A stretch of 64,000 nt of DNA from Verrucomicrobiota bacterium (GCA_021772635.1 JAJFLP010000113.1:813-64812); one strand, 5' to 3'. Positions 1 to 10,869 are shown, counted from the stretch's first letter. Made by a program: numbers and translations. The notes: generated from the letters alone by a model not told the origin.

Positions 1-682
1 CGTCAATACCGTCCATAACCAGTCCGCAGGACTCCGGATTATCGCGAAAGAGGATCCAGGCCGGAATAGACACACCTAAACCGACCGTTAACGCTAGAAC
101 AAGACATGCTTCACGCCAGCCATACGCGGCGTTGAGAGAATTTAGAAACTGCGGCGAAGCATTAAAACCGAAGGTCACGAAAATCGCTGAGATCCCGGTC
201 GCTAGCCCACGCCTGTGATTGAACCACTTGCCAATCGCGACTCGAGACACCATCGTTAAGCTACCTTGACCAAAGAAACGGATTAGCATAAAGCAGACGG
301 TTGTCACTGACATTATGGCAAAGAACGAACGTGACCCTGATAGCGCGATGATCCGTTCTATATTCGACAGTGAAACGAGGCTTAATCCCAGACCAGACGC
401 CGCTATGACCACCATGACTCTGACGCCTAAACTGTCAATGAGGCGACCGGCAAGTGGTAACATTAGACTGCTGCAAATTGTTCCAATCATGTAGGCCGTA
501 CTGAGCTGGACCCGGGATATGCCTAACGCTACAATCAGGTCGTCGGTAAACACACCAACACCCATCGTTTGCCCCGGAACACTGGCAACGGTCGTCACGG
601 TGGCCGCGGCCACGATAACCCAACCATAAAAAAACGGACAACGCTTTGGCGCAAAGGGGATATTTTTCCAAGATAAATTCAT
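1..682 (-). CDS. MFS transporter, N-terminal part (runs off window start)
   Basis: Manual translation from ATG at 682: MNLSWKNIPFAPKRCPFFYGWVIVAAATVTTVASVPGQTMGVGVFTDDLIVALGISRVQLSTAYMIGT...AGRLIDSLGVR (MFS motif A-like)...KWFNHRRGLA. The track ORF 435..692 is a different frame. Confidence 0.85.
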   Translation of the reverse strand, partial: MNLSWKNIPFAPKRCPFFYGWVIVAAATVTTVASVPGQTMGVGVFTDDLIVALGISRVQLSTAYMIGTICSSLMLPLAGRLIDSLGVRVMVVIAASGLGLSLVSLSNIERIIALSGSRSFFAIMSVTTVCFMLIRFFGQGSLTMVSRVAIGKWFNHRRGLATGISAIFVTFGFNASPQFLNSLNAAYGWREACLVLALTVGLGVSIPAWILFRDNPESCGLVMDGID

Positions 683-961
683 GCTTTTCCATAAAGTGAT
701 TAAGCGGGTTTGCAATATGATCGCGCTACGGTCGATTTACGACGGCAGGGCGTGCTGAATATCTTCGCGTTTGCGACCAGACGTCCAGTCTTCGCTCAAG
801 AGCTACGCCGAGGCGCACGTCTGTATGACTTCCTCCGTCGCTCACGCAAGCTAAAGCGAGGCATGATGCCGGTTAAATATTGTTCGATTTCTCTTAGCCA
901 GCAAATGCGGAGAGAGCGCTGGCGGCTAAATCGCTATTAATCAAACTGAACGGTTACACGA

Positions 962-2335
962 ATGAGTACATGGCATAGATATTTTTTTATTCTAATATTC
1001 TTTAATTTTTTCCACGTCATTGCATACGGAAGAAATTCGGAATCACTAAGTTGGAGCGGGGTACTGGACTCTATCCGGGGCAATTTCTCGGATGTCCGCC
1101 ACCTGCCAATTCATGGTCTCGCTGATTGGCTGGATGATAACGAACAACGTGCCCCACTAATTTTTGATACCCGCAGCAGCCAGGAATATGCGGTCAGCCA
1201 TCTTAAGAATGCGCAGCATCTTGCGCCGGGAACCAACCTGGAAGCCTTTCTCGAAAACGTCGAAAAAGCATATCCCATCGTTGTATATTGTTCCGTCGGA
1301 TACCGGTCAGCGATTGTTGCCAGTAAACTTCAGAAAATCGGATTCTCTAGAGTTTATAATCTCGAAGGCTCGATCTTCGCTTGGGTGAACAACGGTTACC
1401 CGATAGTCAAAGGGACCAAGGCCGCGAAATACGTACACCCGTTTAACTCATACTGGGGCAGCCTATTGAGGGAAGAATTCCGGTACGTATCAAACAGTAA
1501 AAACTATGGTTGGCCGGAGATTCGAAATATTGAGAACGTAAATCATTATAAGTCTGTGACGTTCGTCGGCGGACTCATGTTTTTTCTGCTATGGGAATCA
1601 TTTTTCCCGTTCATGATTCAGTTCCGGAAGAACCTTATGGACCGCGGTCGGCATGGCGTGAGGAATCTTATAATGGGTGGTATTAATGCAGTGGCTATCG
1701 CACTACTCTTCGTACTTATTTGGATGTGGGCCGCGGAATGGGCTGACCGAAATGGCTTCGGAGTATTGAACTGGTTGTCGCTGTCTCCATGGCTTCACAC
1801 CCTCGGCGCGATCGCACTATTCGATATTTTCACATACTGGTTTCACAGACTCAGCCATAGCATACCGTTTTTCTGGCGATTTCATCGGGTCCATCACTCA
1901 GATCAAAAAATGGACGTTACCACAGCCAACCGTTTCCATATAGGAGAAATCGTTCTGTCTTCCTTACTCCGGATCCCAGCAATTTTGGTTTTCGGCGCGC
2001 ACTTATGGGAGCTCCTTTTATACGAGTTGATCATGTTTCCGATTGTTCAATTTCACCATGCCAACATTGGCCTGCCAGAACGGCTCGATAAAATATTGCG
2101 TGTATTCATCGTGACTCCGGCGATGCATAAAGTTCATCATTCCAGGATTAAGCCCGAAACTAATTCTAATTATACGTCGCTATTATCAGTATGGGATCGA
2201 GTTTTCCAGTCCTTTAATCTAAGATCTGATACTCGTGATATTAGCTTTGGGTTGGACGAATTGGACGAAACCAAACACCAAACATTAGCGGGACTACTCA
2301 AGACCCCTGTTGTCGACATCAAAGACAACAAATAA
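962..2335 (+). CDS. Rhodanese domain fused to sterol desaturase / fatty-acid hydroxylase domain
   Basis: N-terminal DTR...EYAVSHL and YCSVGYRS rhodanese loop; C-terminal membrane domain with His boxes HRLSH, HRVHH, HHAN, HKVHH. Confidence 0.85.
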   Translation: MSTWHRYFFILIFFNFFHVIAYGRNSESLSWSGVLDSIRGNFSDVRHLPIHGLADWLDDNEQRAPLIFDTRSSQEYAVSHLKNAQHLAPGTNLEAFLENVEKAYPIVVYCSVGYRSAIVASKLQKIGFSRVYNLEGSIFAWVNNGYPIVKGTKAAKYVHPFNSYWGSLLREEFRYVSNSKNYGWPEIRNIENVNHYKSVTFVGGLMFFLLWESFFPFMIQFRKNLMDRGRHGVRNLIMGGINAVAIALLFVLIWMWAAEWADRNGFGVLNWLSLSPWLHTLGAIALFDIFTYWFHRLSHSIPFFWRFHRVHHSDQKMDVTTANRFHIGEIVLSSLLRIPAILVFGAHLWELLLYELIMFPIVQFHHANIGLPERLDKILRVFIVTPAMHKVHHSRIKPETNSNYTSLLSVWDRVFQSFNLRSDTRDISFGLDELDETKHQTLAGLLKTPVVDIKDNK

Positions 2336-2337
2336 TG

Positions 2338-2431
2338 TATACTGAGCATCTTCGAGTTTTCGAAATACCGTTCGGAATCTTATAGCTGATAAATTCAAAG
2401 TTGTTCAAAAATTCGACTGCTTGCAGTCTAG
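2338..2431. mobile_element. TA-flanked miniature element (family A)
   Basis: TATACTGAGCATCTTCGAGTTTTCG...AATTCGACTGCTTGCAGTCTA; both ends shared with many other copies. Confidence 0.75.
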
Positions 2432-2467
2432 CACAGGTTCTTTGCCGAACTGGATTCTTTACAGCCA

Positions 2468-5400
2468 TTACGACAACAGATATGTCAGATCGTCGGCGCT
2501 TAGGTCCTTGATGATACTGCTGTCCTGCTCAATGATACTCGCAACGAGTTTCATTTTCTTTCGTTGCAGGTCACCAATCCGTTCCTCTACTGTTCCTTTG
2601 CTGACTAGGCGATATGCGAAAACGTTCCGTGTCTGCCCGATTCGATGTGTCCTGTCTATCGCTTGAGATTCCACGGCTGGATTCCACCATGGATCGAGGA
2701 TAAATACGTAATCAGCAGCCGTCAGGTTCAAGCCTAAGCCCCCAGCTTTCAGGCTGATAACAAATACTTTGTACTTATCGTCATTCTGAAACGCGTCTAC
2801 TTTCTCCTGCCGGTTTTTGGTTTTGCCATCAAGGTAGAGATACGGGATATCGCTGCCGTCGAGCTTTTTCCGGAAGATGCTCAAAAAACTCGTAAATTGA
2901 GAGAAGACGAGTGACTTATGCCCCTCATCGATTACTTCAGTTAATAGTGCCCAAAGACTTTCGAGTTTTGCACTCGGCTCGTTTAGGTATTCTTTGTTAA
3001 CCAGCCCGGGATGACACGCTGCCTGACGTAATCTCAGGAGCGCTTCAAGAATTTTGATTTTCGCCTTCCCTATTCCGTTGCTACGAACGTTTCCGGCAAG
3101 GTTAACCTGGTAATATTGCCTGAGTTCGTTATACATCGACTCCTGTTTCCCTTCCATTTCGCAGTACAGAACCTGTTCGGTTTTTTCGGGCAAGTCAGTT
3201 GCGACCTGGGACTTTGTCCTTCTGAGGATAAACGGGCGAATCGCTCGCTTTAGCACTGCTCGCGACTCGCCACTGCTAATCCTGTTAAAAGCTGAAACCT
3301 TCCCTAGCATTCCAGGATTAAGAAATTCGAATAACGACCAAAGTTCGCCAATGTGGTTTTCTATGGGAGTTCCACTCAAGGCTAATCGATGGTCTGCTTT
3401 TAACAGTCGCGTCGCTTTCGCGGCCTGCGATTTCGAATTTTTTATCGCTTGCGCCTCGTCGAGCACTGCATAGTCGAATTCGATGTCTGCTAATTCGAGA
3501 ATATCACGCCGTAATGTCCCGTATGTGGTAATGATCACGTCGTGTTTCACGAACTTCGAACGAAGGTTTTCCCTATCTAAACCGCGGTACATTAAAATAC
3601 TGAGTTCAGGAGTGAATTTCCTGGATTCTTCTTGCCAGTTGAATAGCAGAGATCGGGGTACGATGATGATGGAGGGTTTTCTATTATTCTCGCACCCGGT
3701 CTCATTTCTTTGAGTTTCGAGTAGTGCCAGAACCTGTACTGTTTTTCCCAGTCCCATGTCGTCAGCGAGACATCCGCCAAGCCCGAAATCACGTAAGAAG
3801 AGAAGCCAACCGAGACCATCTTTTTGATAATCTCTAAGTGTGCCATTGAATACGCCGTCGGGATCTCTTGGCTTCAGCCGATCGAATTTCACTAACTCCT
3901 CGCGAATTTTCGCGAACGCTTTATCGACATCTACCTCCGGTCGACTAATAATAAGCGCATCGAGTAGCCCGGCTTGATTTTTCTTGAAACGGATGTGTTC
4001 CGCTTTGCGCCGGCCCAGGCCAAATAAAGTAGAATATTTCTTGAGCCACTCTTCAGGAATAATACCGAACGAGCCATCTTCCAGGACAATCTGGGACTCA
4101 CCCTTTTCGACCGCGGCCAAGAGCTGTGGCACCCCCACAGTCAACGCATCGAAACGCATAGTCCCGTGTAATTCAAACCAATCGATATTCGAGCTAATTT
4201 TAATATTGAAGGCCCCCGCTTGGCGATATCGCTTTCGGTCAACCTCAATACGCCATCCGTTTTTTAAGAGATTCGGGACTGCTTTGGTGAGATTGGCAGG
4301 GGTTGTCTGTAAATAGTCTGAACGCTGCAGGTGTTGGAGATGCTGCGCGAGAGGAAGGAATCCAGCGTCCACGAGCTCCTGCAGCGCAGATTCTTCCGCA
4401 TTCAGGTCTCGATCGTATACTTTTTCTTGCTTGTAATTAATAACGGATTTCGTACGACTTAATGCTGTAATAAGAATGTCTCCATATCTGAACTTCAACT
4501 CCGCTACCAATAGCGGTTTAGCCAGAGATACGTGTTTCTTCGTTTTGACTATCAACTCTTTTCCCGGCGCTTCGTATTCTGGCGTCAACCGCACTTCTTC
4601 CGGGAGTTCTATCGGTGGAGAATTGGGCATACCGTAGATATTCTCCAGCAACTCTGGACACTCGCGTACCGGCACCGAAACGGGGCCCTCACGTCTCAAT
4701 ACTGAGATCCATCCGAATGCATTGTGATCTCTTAGCTGCGAGGCTCGATTTTCCCAGAAAATTATACCGCCGGCAACGACCAGTATCGGAGCGTCAATTT
4801 CGAGCCGTTCTTCGCCGCGCTTGAAGAAACCGGCCAACTCGTAAGCCTCATTTTTCTGCGCAATACCAAGCCTGAACTCCCATGGTTCGCCGTCGTCCCA
4901 GCTCACCGTCATAAGGCCCGCGCCCGCTTCTCGCGCCCGAATATTGACTCTCCCGGAATTGCAAAGCAACTTCAGGATCTTCTCTTGTAACCCCGTTGTC
5001 AATACAAATCCGGATGGTGACTGTTGACGCGGCCGGTACTGTCCCTGACGGCTGGCGAAATCCGTTTGAGTCCCCAGCGCCATCGCGATAGCCTCTCGAT
5101 CCGTTTCATTATTCAAACTGCTAACGAAATCACTATCAATACGCTGTTTCCGCTGCTTTCCCCAACTCCCGTCTTTCGGTCGTTCCGATACCAGGACGTT
5201 TACATAAATTCCCCCGTTCTCCAGGGATTGATCGACGTCAATAAGATATGTCAGTCGACGTTCTTTCGGTTCTACATTCAGCCCGTGATTGTTCAGGTCC
5301 TGGTTAACGCCGGCAAACACTGTTTGCCAGTTTCTTGGACGACCGACATGACCACCCTGAAGAATCTCTTCGTTCGCGCCTGTGACTTCCGGATCAGATG

Positions 5401-5848
5401 ATGAAGGACGGCGAGGAGACGCCACCGTTGTTGTCCCCGGATTAATAGCACTGAGATCAGCGTAGCCTTCGTCAAAAGAATCACCATCGCTATCGTGATG
5501 CGCGAATAGTTCATAGTCGGATTTATCGAGATAGGAAATTCGCATTTCCTGCTTGGCTCCGGATATACTCGGAGACCAATTGAGGAGCTCTGCTGCGAGG
5601 ATTGTTCCCCAGATGTGTTTACATAGTCCGCTGCCCCCTGAATAATACGGACAACTGCAGTATACGGAGAGGTGGTTGTATTCCGGGTTATTTATGAAGA
5701 CGTCGTAGGCATCTGTGCCATATGCTTTCGCATTCAAATGCGTTTTACGAACGTCTCGCAACCCGATATCACCGTTCTTGAAATAGAGGCGCCCACGGGA
5801 GCGCACACGGCTCTCAAATAAGAAGGAAACTGTCTCTGATAGATTCAT
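2468..5848 (-). CDS. SWIM zinc finger / SNF2-family helicase
   Basis: CSCP...CKH SWIM motif; LADDMGLGKT, DEAQ, SGTPIEN, GLNLTAAD, DPWWNP, QAIDRTHRIGQ. Confidence 0.95.
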   Translation of the reverse strand: MNLSETVSFLFESRVRSRGRLYFKNGDIGLRDVRKTHLNAKAYGTDAYDVFINNPEYNHLSVYCSCPYYSGGSGLCKHIWGTILAAELLNWSPSISGAKQEMRISYLDKSDYELFAHHDSDGDSFDEGYADLSAINPGTTTVASPRRPSSSDPEVTGANEEILQGGHVGRPRNWQTVFAGVNQDLNNHGLNVEPKERRLTYLIDVDQSLENGGIYVNVLVSERPKDGSWGKQRKQRIDSDFVSSLNNETDREAIAMALGTQTDFASRQGQYRPRQQSPSGFVLTTGLQEKILKLLCNSGRVNIRAREAGAGLMTVSWDDGEPWEFRLGIAQKNEAYELAGFFKRGEERLEIDAPILVVAGGIIFWENRASQLRDHNAFGWISVLRREGPVSVPVRECPELLENIYGMPNSPPIELPEEVRLTPEYEAPGKELIVKTKKHVSLAKPLLVAELKFRYGDILITALSRTKSVINYKQEKVYDRDLNAEESALQELVDAGFLPLAQHLQHLQRSDYLQTTPANLTKAVPNLLKNGWRIEVDRKRYRQAGAFNIKISSNIDWFELHGTMRFDALTVGVPQLLAAVEKGESQIVLEDGSFGIIPEEWLKKYSTLFGLGRRKAEHIRFKKNQAGLLDALIISRPEVDVDKAFAKIREELVKFDRLKPRDPDGVFNGTLRDYQKDGLGWLLFLRDFGLGGCLADDMGLGKTVQVLALLETQRNETGCENNRKPSIIIVPRSLLFNWQEESRKFTPELSILMYRGLDRENLRSKFVKHDVIITTYGTLRRDILELADIEFDYAVLDEAQAIKNSKSQAAKATRLLKADHRLALSGTPIENHIGELWSLFEFLNPGMLGKVSAFNRISSGESRAVLKRAIRPFILRRTKSQVATDLPEKTEQVLYCEMEGKQESMYNELRQYYQVNLAGNVRSNGIGKAKIKILEALLRLRQAACHPGLVNKEYLNEPSAKLESLWALLTEVIDEGHKSLVFSQFTSFLSIFRKKLDGSDIPYLYLDGKTKNRQEKVDAFQNDDKYKVFVISLKAGGLGLNLTAADYVFILDPWWNPAVESQAIDRTHRIGQTRNVFAYRLVSKGTVEERIGDLQRKKMKLVASIIEQDSSIIKDLSADDLTYLLS

Positions 5849-6130
5849 TATCGCTTTATATACTGATCGTGTTCGAGTTTTCGGTGACTTGAAGGTGATT
5901 GTTCATCGGGTTCGGAACTTGGTTTAGGCGGTTCAAAAGGTGCTCGGGACAACCCCTAAGTTATACCACGGAATGCAATTTGACTGCACGCAGTTGAATA
6001 TTTAGTGTCTGAAGGGAAACCCTCGCGAGCCGGGTTGCCGACGCATGTTCGGGAGATTCATCCTTCACGCTGTTACGTTCATACCCAAAGGTATGGGCTA
6101 ACAGCGTGAGACAACGAGGCTTTGTTGTAC

Positions 6131-6272
6131 TATACTGCAGGCATTATACCAACAATCACGGAGTTTTCGTCCGGATTACCGAGACTCCGCTCGTGCGGAG
6201 AGAGAAAAATCGTTTGGAGTCTCTTACGCAATCATTTTAAAGTTCTCCAAAAATTGTACCGCTTGCGGTATA
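6131..6272. mobile_element. TA-flanked miniature element (family A)
   Basis: Internal GGAGTCTCTTACGCAATCATTTT module; ends TACCGCTTGCGGTATA. Confidence 0.75.
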
Positions 6273-6285
6273 ATTGGTGTTCATT

Positions 6286-8040
6286 ATGGATAACCGCAAG
6301 AAATCTAAAGCGTCGATGGCTACGGTTAGACTCGCCTTCACTTCGATTATCTGGCCGCGGCGGAAGTTATTATTTCTCGGGCTTGTTTTGATCATCATCA
6401 ACCGCCTCGCAGGATTGGTGTTGCCGGGCGCGACTAAGTACCTGATCGATGATGTTATAATGAAGAGTGACATCGCGCTGCTGCGGCTTGTTATGTTAGC
6501 AGTGGGTTTCTCTATCTTCGTCCAGGCTTCTACGTCATTCGTCCTCACCCGGATTCTCAGCGTGGAGGCGCAACACCTGATATCGTCGTTGAGATTAAAA
6601 GTACAGAAACACATCATCGGCCTACCAATCAATTTTTTCGATAGTACGAAATCCGGCGAATTGGTGTCCAGAATCATGATTGATGTGGAAGGCGTTCGGA
6701 ACCTGGTTGGTACCGGACTTGTACAAATGGTCGGCGGCGTACTTACCGCTTTTCTGGCGTTTGTGATTCTCCTTAACATCAACGCCATACTCACATTTTA
6801 CATACTCTTACCTCTAATTGTTTTCGGAATAGTTTCGCTGAAAGCGTTTAAGTTTATCCGACCAATATTCAGAGAACGTGCCCGGATTAACGCCGATGTG
6901 ACGGGACGATTAACTGAATCGCTGGGCGGGATCCGGGTTATAAAGGGATTCAACGCGGAACAGCAGGAAGTCCGCGTCTTTGAGAAGGGAGTAGAGCGAA
7001 TTTTCGAGAACGTCAAGAAATCGCTCACTGCGACCGCCCTGGTGACAAGTATCGGGACGCTTCTAATCGGTTCAACAGGCGTTGCTATCATGTGGATTGG
7101 TGGCGGTATGATTATAGACGGAGAGATGACGATTGGTGAACTACTGGCCTTCATCTCCTTCCTCGCCTTGCTGGTGGCGCCGATATTTCAGATGGGTAAT
7201 ATCGGCAGCCAAATCACCGAGGCTTTCGCCGGGTTGGATCGCACCGAGGAGATCTTGCGTGCCACCAGAGAAGACGACGATCCTAAACGAACGATGGAGC
7301 TCGGCGAGTTTCGTGGGGATTTGTCGTTTGAGAATGTGACTTTCTCCTACGTCGAAGGCGCGCCAATCCTGAAAGACGTCTGTTTCGTCGCCCCGGCGGG
7401 GAGCCTGACCGCACTCGTCGGCAGCTCCGGTTCAGGCAAGACGACACTTGCCGGGTTAGCAGCGTCCTTTCTGAAACCCGACCAGGGAGTGGTTCGACTC
7501 GACGATATCGATCTTTCTACGGTCACCCTCGATAGTTATCGATCTCGTCTGGGCGTCGTGCTCCAGGACAATTTTCTCTACGAAGGCACAATCCGCGAGA
7601 ATATATTATTCGGCAATCCGTCCGCAACTGAAGACAAACTCCTCGAAGCTGTGGAAGCAGCTCATGTCAAGGAGTTCACTGATCGCTTTGATGCAGGACT
7701 GGATACACTTATTGGTGAACGCGGCGTAAAACTGTCGGGTGGCCAACGACAGCGTGTCGCTATCGCGCGAGCGATATTAGCCGATCCCAAAATGTTGCTT
7801 TTCGACGAAGCCACATCTAATCTTGATACGGAAAGCGAGCTTTATATCCAGAATAGCCTGGCGAAGCTCATGAAAGGGCGTACAACGATCGTCATTGCTC
7901 ACCGACTCAGTACCATTCAGAAAGCTGATCAGATTCTAGTCGTAGAGGATGGGGAAATCGTTGAACGCGGTAAACATAGCGAACTCCTTGCCGCGCAAGG
8001 GCGTTATTATAGTCTATACACCCACCAGGCAAGGATTTGA
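6286..8040 (+). CDS. ABC exporter, fused permease/ATP-binding (MsbA/Sav1866-like)
   Basis: Transmembrane N-half; GSSGSGKT Walker A, LSGGQ signature, FDEATS, IAHRL. Confidence 0.95.
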   Translation: MDNRKKSKASMATVRLAFTSIIWPRRKLLFLGLVLIIINRLAGLVLPGATKYLIDDVIMKSDIALLRLVMLAVGFSIFVQASTSFVLTRILSVEAQHLISSLRLKVQKHIIGLPINFFDSTKSGELVSRIMIDVEGVRNLVGTGLVQMVGGVLTAFLAFVILLNINAILTFYILLPLIVFGIVSLKAFKFIRPIFRERARINADVTGRLTESLGGIRVIKGFNAEQQEVRVFEKGVERIFENVKKSLTATALVTSIGTLLIGSTGVAIMWIGGGMIIDGEMTIGELLAFISFLALLVAPIFQMGNIGSQITEAFAGLDRTEEILRATREDDDPKRTMELGEFRGDLSFENVTFSYVEGAPILKDVCFVAPAGSLTALVGSSGSGKTTLAGLAASFLKPDQGVVRLDDIDLSTVTLDSYRSRLGVVLQDNFLYEGTIRENILFGNPSATEDKLLEAVEAAHVKEFTDRFDAGLDTLIGERGVKLSGGQRQRVAIARAILADPKMLLFDEATSNLDTESELYIQNSLAKLMKGRTTIVIAHRLSTIQKADQILVVEDGEIVERGKHSELLAAQGRYYSLYTHQARI

Positions 8041-8118
8041 GCGAAATGTCCTTGGGATCCGCAAGCAGTCCAACTTTCAGTCCGTAGACGGACTCCCGTG
8101 AAACTTGAGTAATTTGAC

Positions 8119-8203
8119 TGAGATTTTCACCATGAAGGACATGAAGAGCATGAAGTAAAGACTTTTTATATTTTCCCCTTCATGCTCTTCATGTCCTTCA
8201 TGG
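8119..8203. repeat. Hairpin built from 9-bp CATGAAG-type units
   Basis: CCATGAAGGACATGAAGAGCATGAAG ... CTTCATGCTCTTCATGTCCTTCATGG are exact inverted arms. Confidence 0.8.
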
Positions 8204-8451
8204 TTGTAAAGCATTATTCGGTTGGCAGATTGCTCCGTTGAAACTAAACCGGTTTTGAGGCTGTTTATCTCGTTCGTTTTCGGCTCGATTGGGCGGCCTT
8301 TAGAGTTCAAGCTTTAGCGCTATTTGTTGATTGGCAGATGCAATCCCGCATGCGGGATTGAACTCCAAAATACCGTCGAACCCAAGTTTCCTATTATATT
8401 AACCGGGTCGGTACGGCCCGGACGGTTGCTCCCTTGAAATTTGGTCATTTT

Positions 8452-8545
8452 GACACACTGAAGTGTGAACTCCAACAGGTGCTACTCGCATACCAAAAGA
8501 TTAGTGTTGTTAAGGTCCCCGTTGGAGTTCACGCTTTCGCGTGTC
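8452..8545. repeat. REP-like inverted pair
   Basis: GACACACTGAAGTGTGAACTCCAAC ... GTTGGAGTTCACGCTTTCGCGTGTC; each arm is itself a small hairpin. Confidence 0.65.
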
Positions 8546-8803
8546 ATAACCTGAGTTTCGTTATATAATAATTCTGCTGTCCAGCAGAAGCGCGTCGGTC
8601 GACGGTCCTACGAAACTTGGCGGAAATCTTCGATATTGTGAGCCCGTTTCGTATTGTAAAATATGGGTTCAAAAGGAAACCCACTGGAGGGAATCAACCA
8701 CCCCGCCGCAAAGCAGACGGGGTATCGGCTTTGGAAATAGTTTTGGTATCGCGGTAAACTGCGGAGAATGAAACCCCACTATGTAGGTGCAAAAGGAGAG
8801 ACC

Positions 8804-9409
8804 ATGGAAACGATAGAAGCGATTCGCTCACGACGAGCAATTAAACATTTCGATGCAAACCACGAAATGACAGCTGAAGAAGCAAATGAGATACTGTCAT
8901 TAGCGGTTCTTTCACCAACGGCATTCAATATTCAAAACTGGCGTTTTCTTGTTGTAGATGATCCGGACTTGCGGAAGAAAATCAAAGAGGTAGCCTGGGG
9001 TCAATCACAAGTAACGGATACATCTCTGTTTATCATACTTTGCGCAGACCTGAAGGCATGGGAAAAGGAACCCGGGCGCTATTGGGCGAATGCACCGAAA
9101 GAAGTTCAGGAGTTCATGCTTCCGGCGATAGATGAATATTATCGTGACAAAGAGCAGGTGCAACGGGACGAAGCGATGCGCTCCTGTGGTATCGTTGCAC
9201 AAACGATAATGCTTGCTTCGAAATCGTTGGGATACGAATCTTGCCCAATGGATGGTTTCGACTTCGACAAAGTCGCGGAGTTAATTCAACTTCCTGATGA
9301 CCATGTAATCGCCATGTTCGTTGCGATTGGCAAAGGAACGAAAGAGGCATGGCCGCGACCAGGGCAGGTCAGCCTCGACGATGTTGTTGTCAAGAATAAA
9401 TTCGACTGA
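8804..9409 (+). CDS. Nitroreductase family protein
   Basis: AAGGAG RBS; RRAIKHFD, SPTAFNIQNWRF, SCPMDGFD. Confidence 0.93.
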   Translation: METIEAIRSRRAIKHFDANHEMTAEEANEILSLAVLSPTAFNIQNWRFLVVDDPDLRKKIKEVAWGQSQVTDTSLFIILCADLKAWEKEPGRYWANAPKEVQEFMLPAIDEYYRDKEQVQRDEAMRSCGIVAQTIMLASKSLGYESCPMDGFDFDKVAELIQLPDDHVIAMFVAIGKGTKEAWPRPGQVSLDDVVVKNKFD

Positions 9410-9444
9410 TTAACGGCGATTTCGCGACGCTAATTTGATGAGAT

Positions 9445-9525
9445 TATACGAACTCCAGTCAGGTTTTCGACAAGTTTTCCAAAATCTTTGCGCGATCATC
9501 GAAAATTCGACTGCTTGCAGTCTAG
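9445..9525. mobile_element. TA-flanked miniature element (family A, subtype B end)
   Basis: TATACGAACTCCAGTCAGGTTTT...GACTGCTTGCAGTCTAG; matches copies at 34809, 38014 and 51175. Confidence 0.75.
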
Positions 9526-9535
9526 GAACAGGGGT

Positions 9536-10408
9536 ATGGAGAATATCAGGTTAATCGTAACACACTCGGGCGGAGCGCACAAGGACGATTTTCTTGCGTG
9601 CAGCCTGTTGCTTAATTCTTGGCCGGTCACGGTGCACCGGCGAGACCCGACGGCCAAAGAGCTGGACGATCCTGCCGTGTGCGTAGTCGATATTGGTCAT
9701 CGGCACGAGCCCGAAAGAATGAACTTCGATCATCACCAGTTTTCAAATGAACACCCTCCCACTTGCGCTTTATCGTTGGCGCTCCAGCATCTGGAGCTAT
9801 ACGACGACGCGAAGTTATTCTGCGACTGGCTCGAACCCGCGGAATTTTTTGACTGCCTCGGCGGCCGGGAGACCGCGCGACGGCTTGGCGCACCGCTCGA
9901 AGTCGTGAACCAATTGGTCTCACCAATTGACATAACGCTATTGAGGGCGTTCGCGCAAAAAGAAGTACTCGAGCCATCGGATTTGATTTGGCAGCTCATG
10001 AAGATGGTCGGCGATGATCTGGTTGATTACGTGAAGTCATTGCGCACCCGCCTTAAATTTATCGAGGAGCACGCCGAATTCTGGACGGTGGCGACGGACA
10101 CCGCAGACTATAAGATTCTACATATGCCCCGCACCGACCCGCTCCCTGCCGAACCATCGACCGGGTTGGAGCGATTTATCGAATCGAAGAACGATCATGA
10201 GAACGTGGTTGGTATGATATATCCCGATCGACGAGGAAAGGGATACGGTCTCTCTCGCTACAACGACAATGCTAGACTTGATTTTACGCGACTGGAATCG
10301 TGCGAAGACGTGCATTTTACACACAAACGCGGGTTCGTGGCGAAGTCATCCGCCACAGACCCTCAGCGATTAAAGGAATTAATACAAAGCGCGTTGATAT
10401 GTTTCTGA
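9536..10408 (+). CDS. MYG1/UPF0160-family metal-dependent hydrolase
   Basis: THSGGAHKDD, VVDIG, FDHHQ and FTHKRGF motifs. Confidence 0.85.
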   Translation: MENIRLIVTHSGGAHKDDFLACSLLLNSWPVTVHRRDPTAKELDDPAVCVVDIGHRHEPERMNFDHHQFSNEHPPTCALSLALQHLELYDDAKLFCDWLEPAEFFDCLGGRETARRLGAPLEVVNQLVSPIDITLLRAFAQKEVLEPSDLIWQLMKMVGDDLVDYVKSLRTRLKFIEEHAEFWTVATDTADYKILHMPRTDPLPAEPSTGLERFIESKNDHENVVGMIYPDRRGKGYGLSRYNDNARLDFTRLESCEDVHFTHKRGFVAKSSATDPQRLKELIQSALICF

Positions 10409-10500
10409 ATGTGGAGGCGCTGTCGTCAGTGGCGATCTCTTTCTGTCGAATTTGTTCCGAAATATAGACAATCGCGGCTGGGACAGCGCCTCCCACATTC
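10407..10500. repeat. REP-like inverted repeat pair
   Basis: GAATGTGGAGGCGCTGTC ... GACAGCGCCTCCCACATTC. Confidence 0.7.
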
Positions 10501-10671
10501 AGAAACATATCGCCTGATTGAATTCGGCAACAATCTGCATAAGTGGACTTTATTGGCAAATCAGTTCATCAAAGGACAAGCGAAATCGGTAATAATTCTC
10601 GAGAACGCCTGGTCGATGCCAAAAGCCTTTGATCATGGAATACACACATAAAACCGGAAAAATAACTGATT

Positions 10672-10861
10672 TATACCGGACGTCTTTACCCAGCAAGCGG
10701 GACGAAAAATCGTTCGGAGTCTCTTTCGCAGTCATTTAAAAGTCGTCTCTCCGTATTCTCGGAGTCCGCTCGGGCAGACCGCATAAGCGTTCCGCACAGA
10801 CGGGATCCTCGCTGATGCGGGACGAGTAATCCAGACCGAAAATTATACCGCTTGCGGTATA
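10672..10861. mobile_element. TA-flanked miniature element (family A, long multi-module copy)
   Basis: TATACCGGACGTCTT...AAATTATACCGCTTGCGGTATA with several internal hairpin modules. Confidence 0.8.
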
Positions 10862-10869
10862 CTAACTGA

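Noticed and set aside
435..692. 85-aa track ORF
   Set aside because: It is a shadow frame of the MFS gene starting at 682.
8077..8310. ORF containing HEGHEEHE as a metal-binding peptide
   Set aside because: It is a translation of the 9-bp-unit DNA hairpin.
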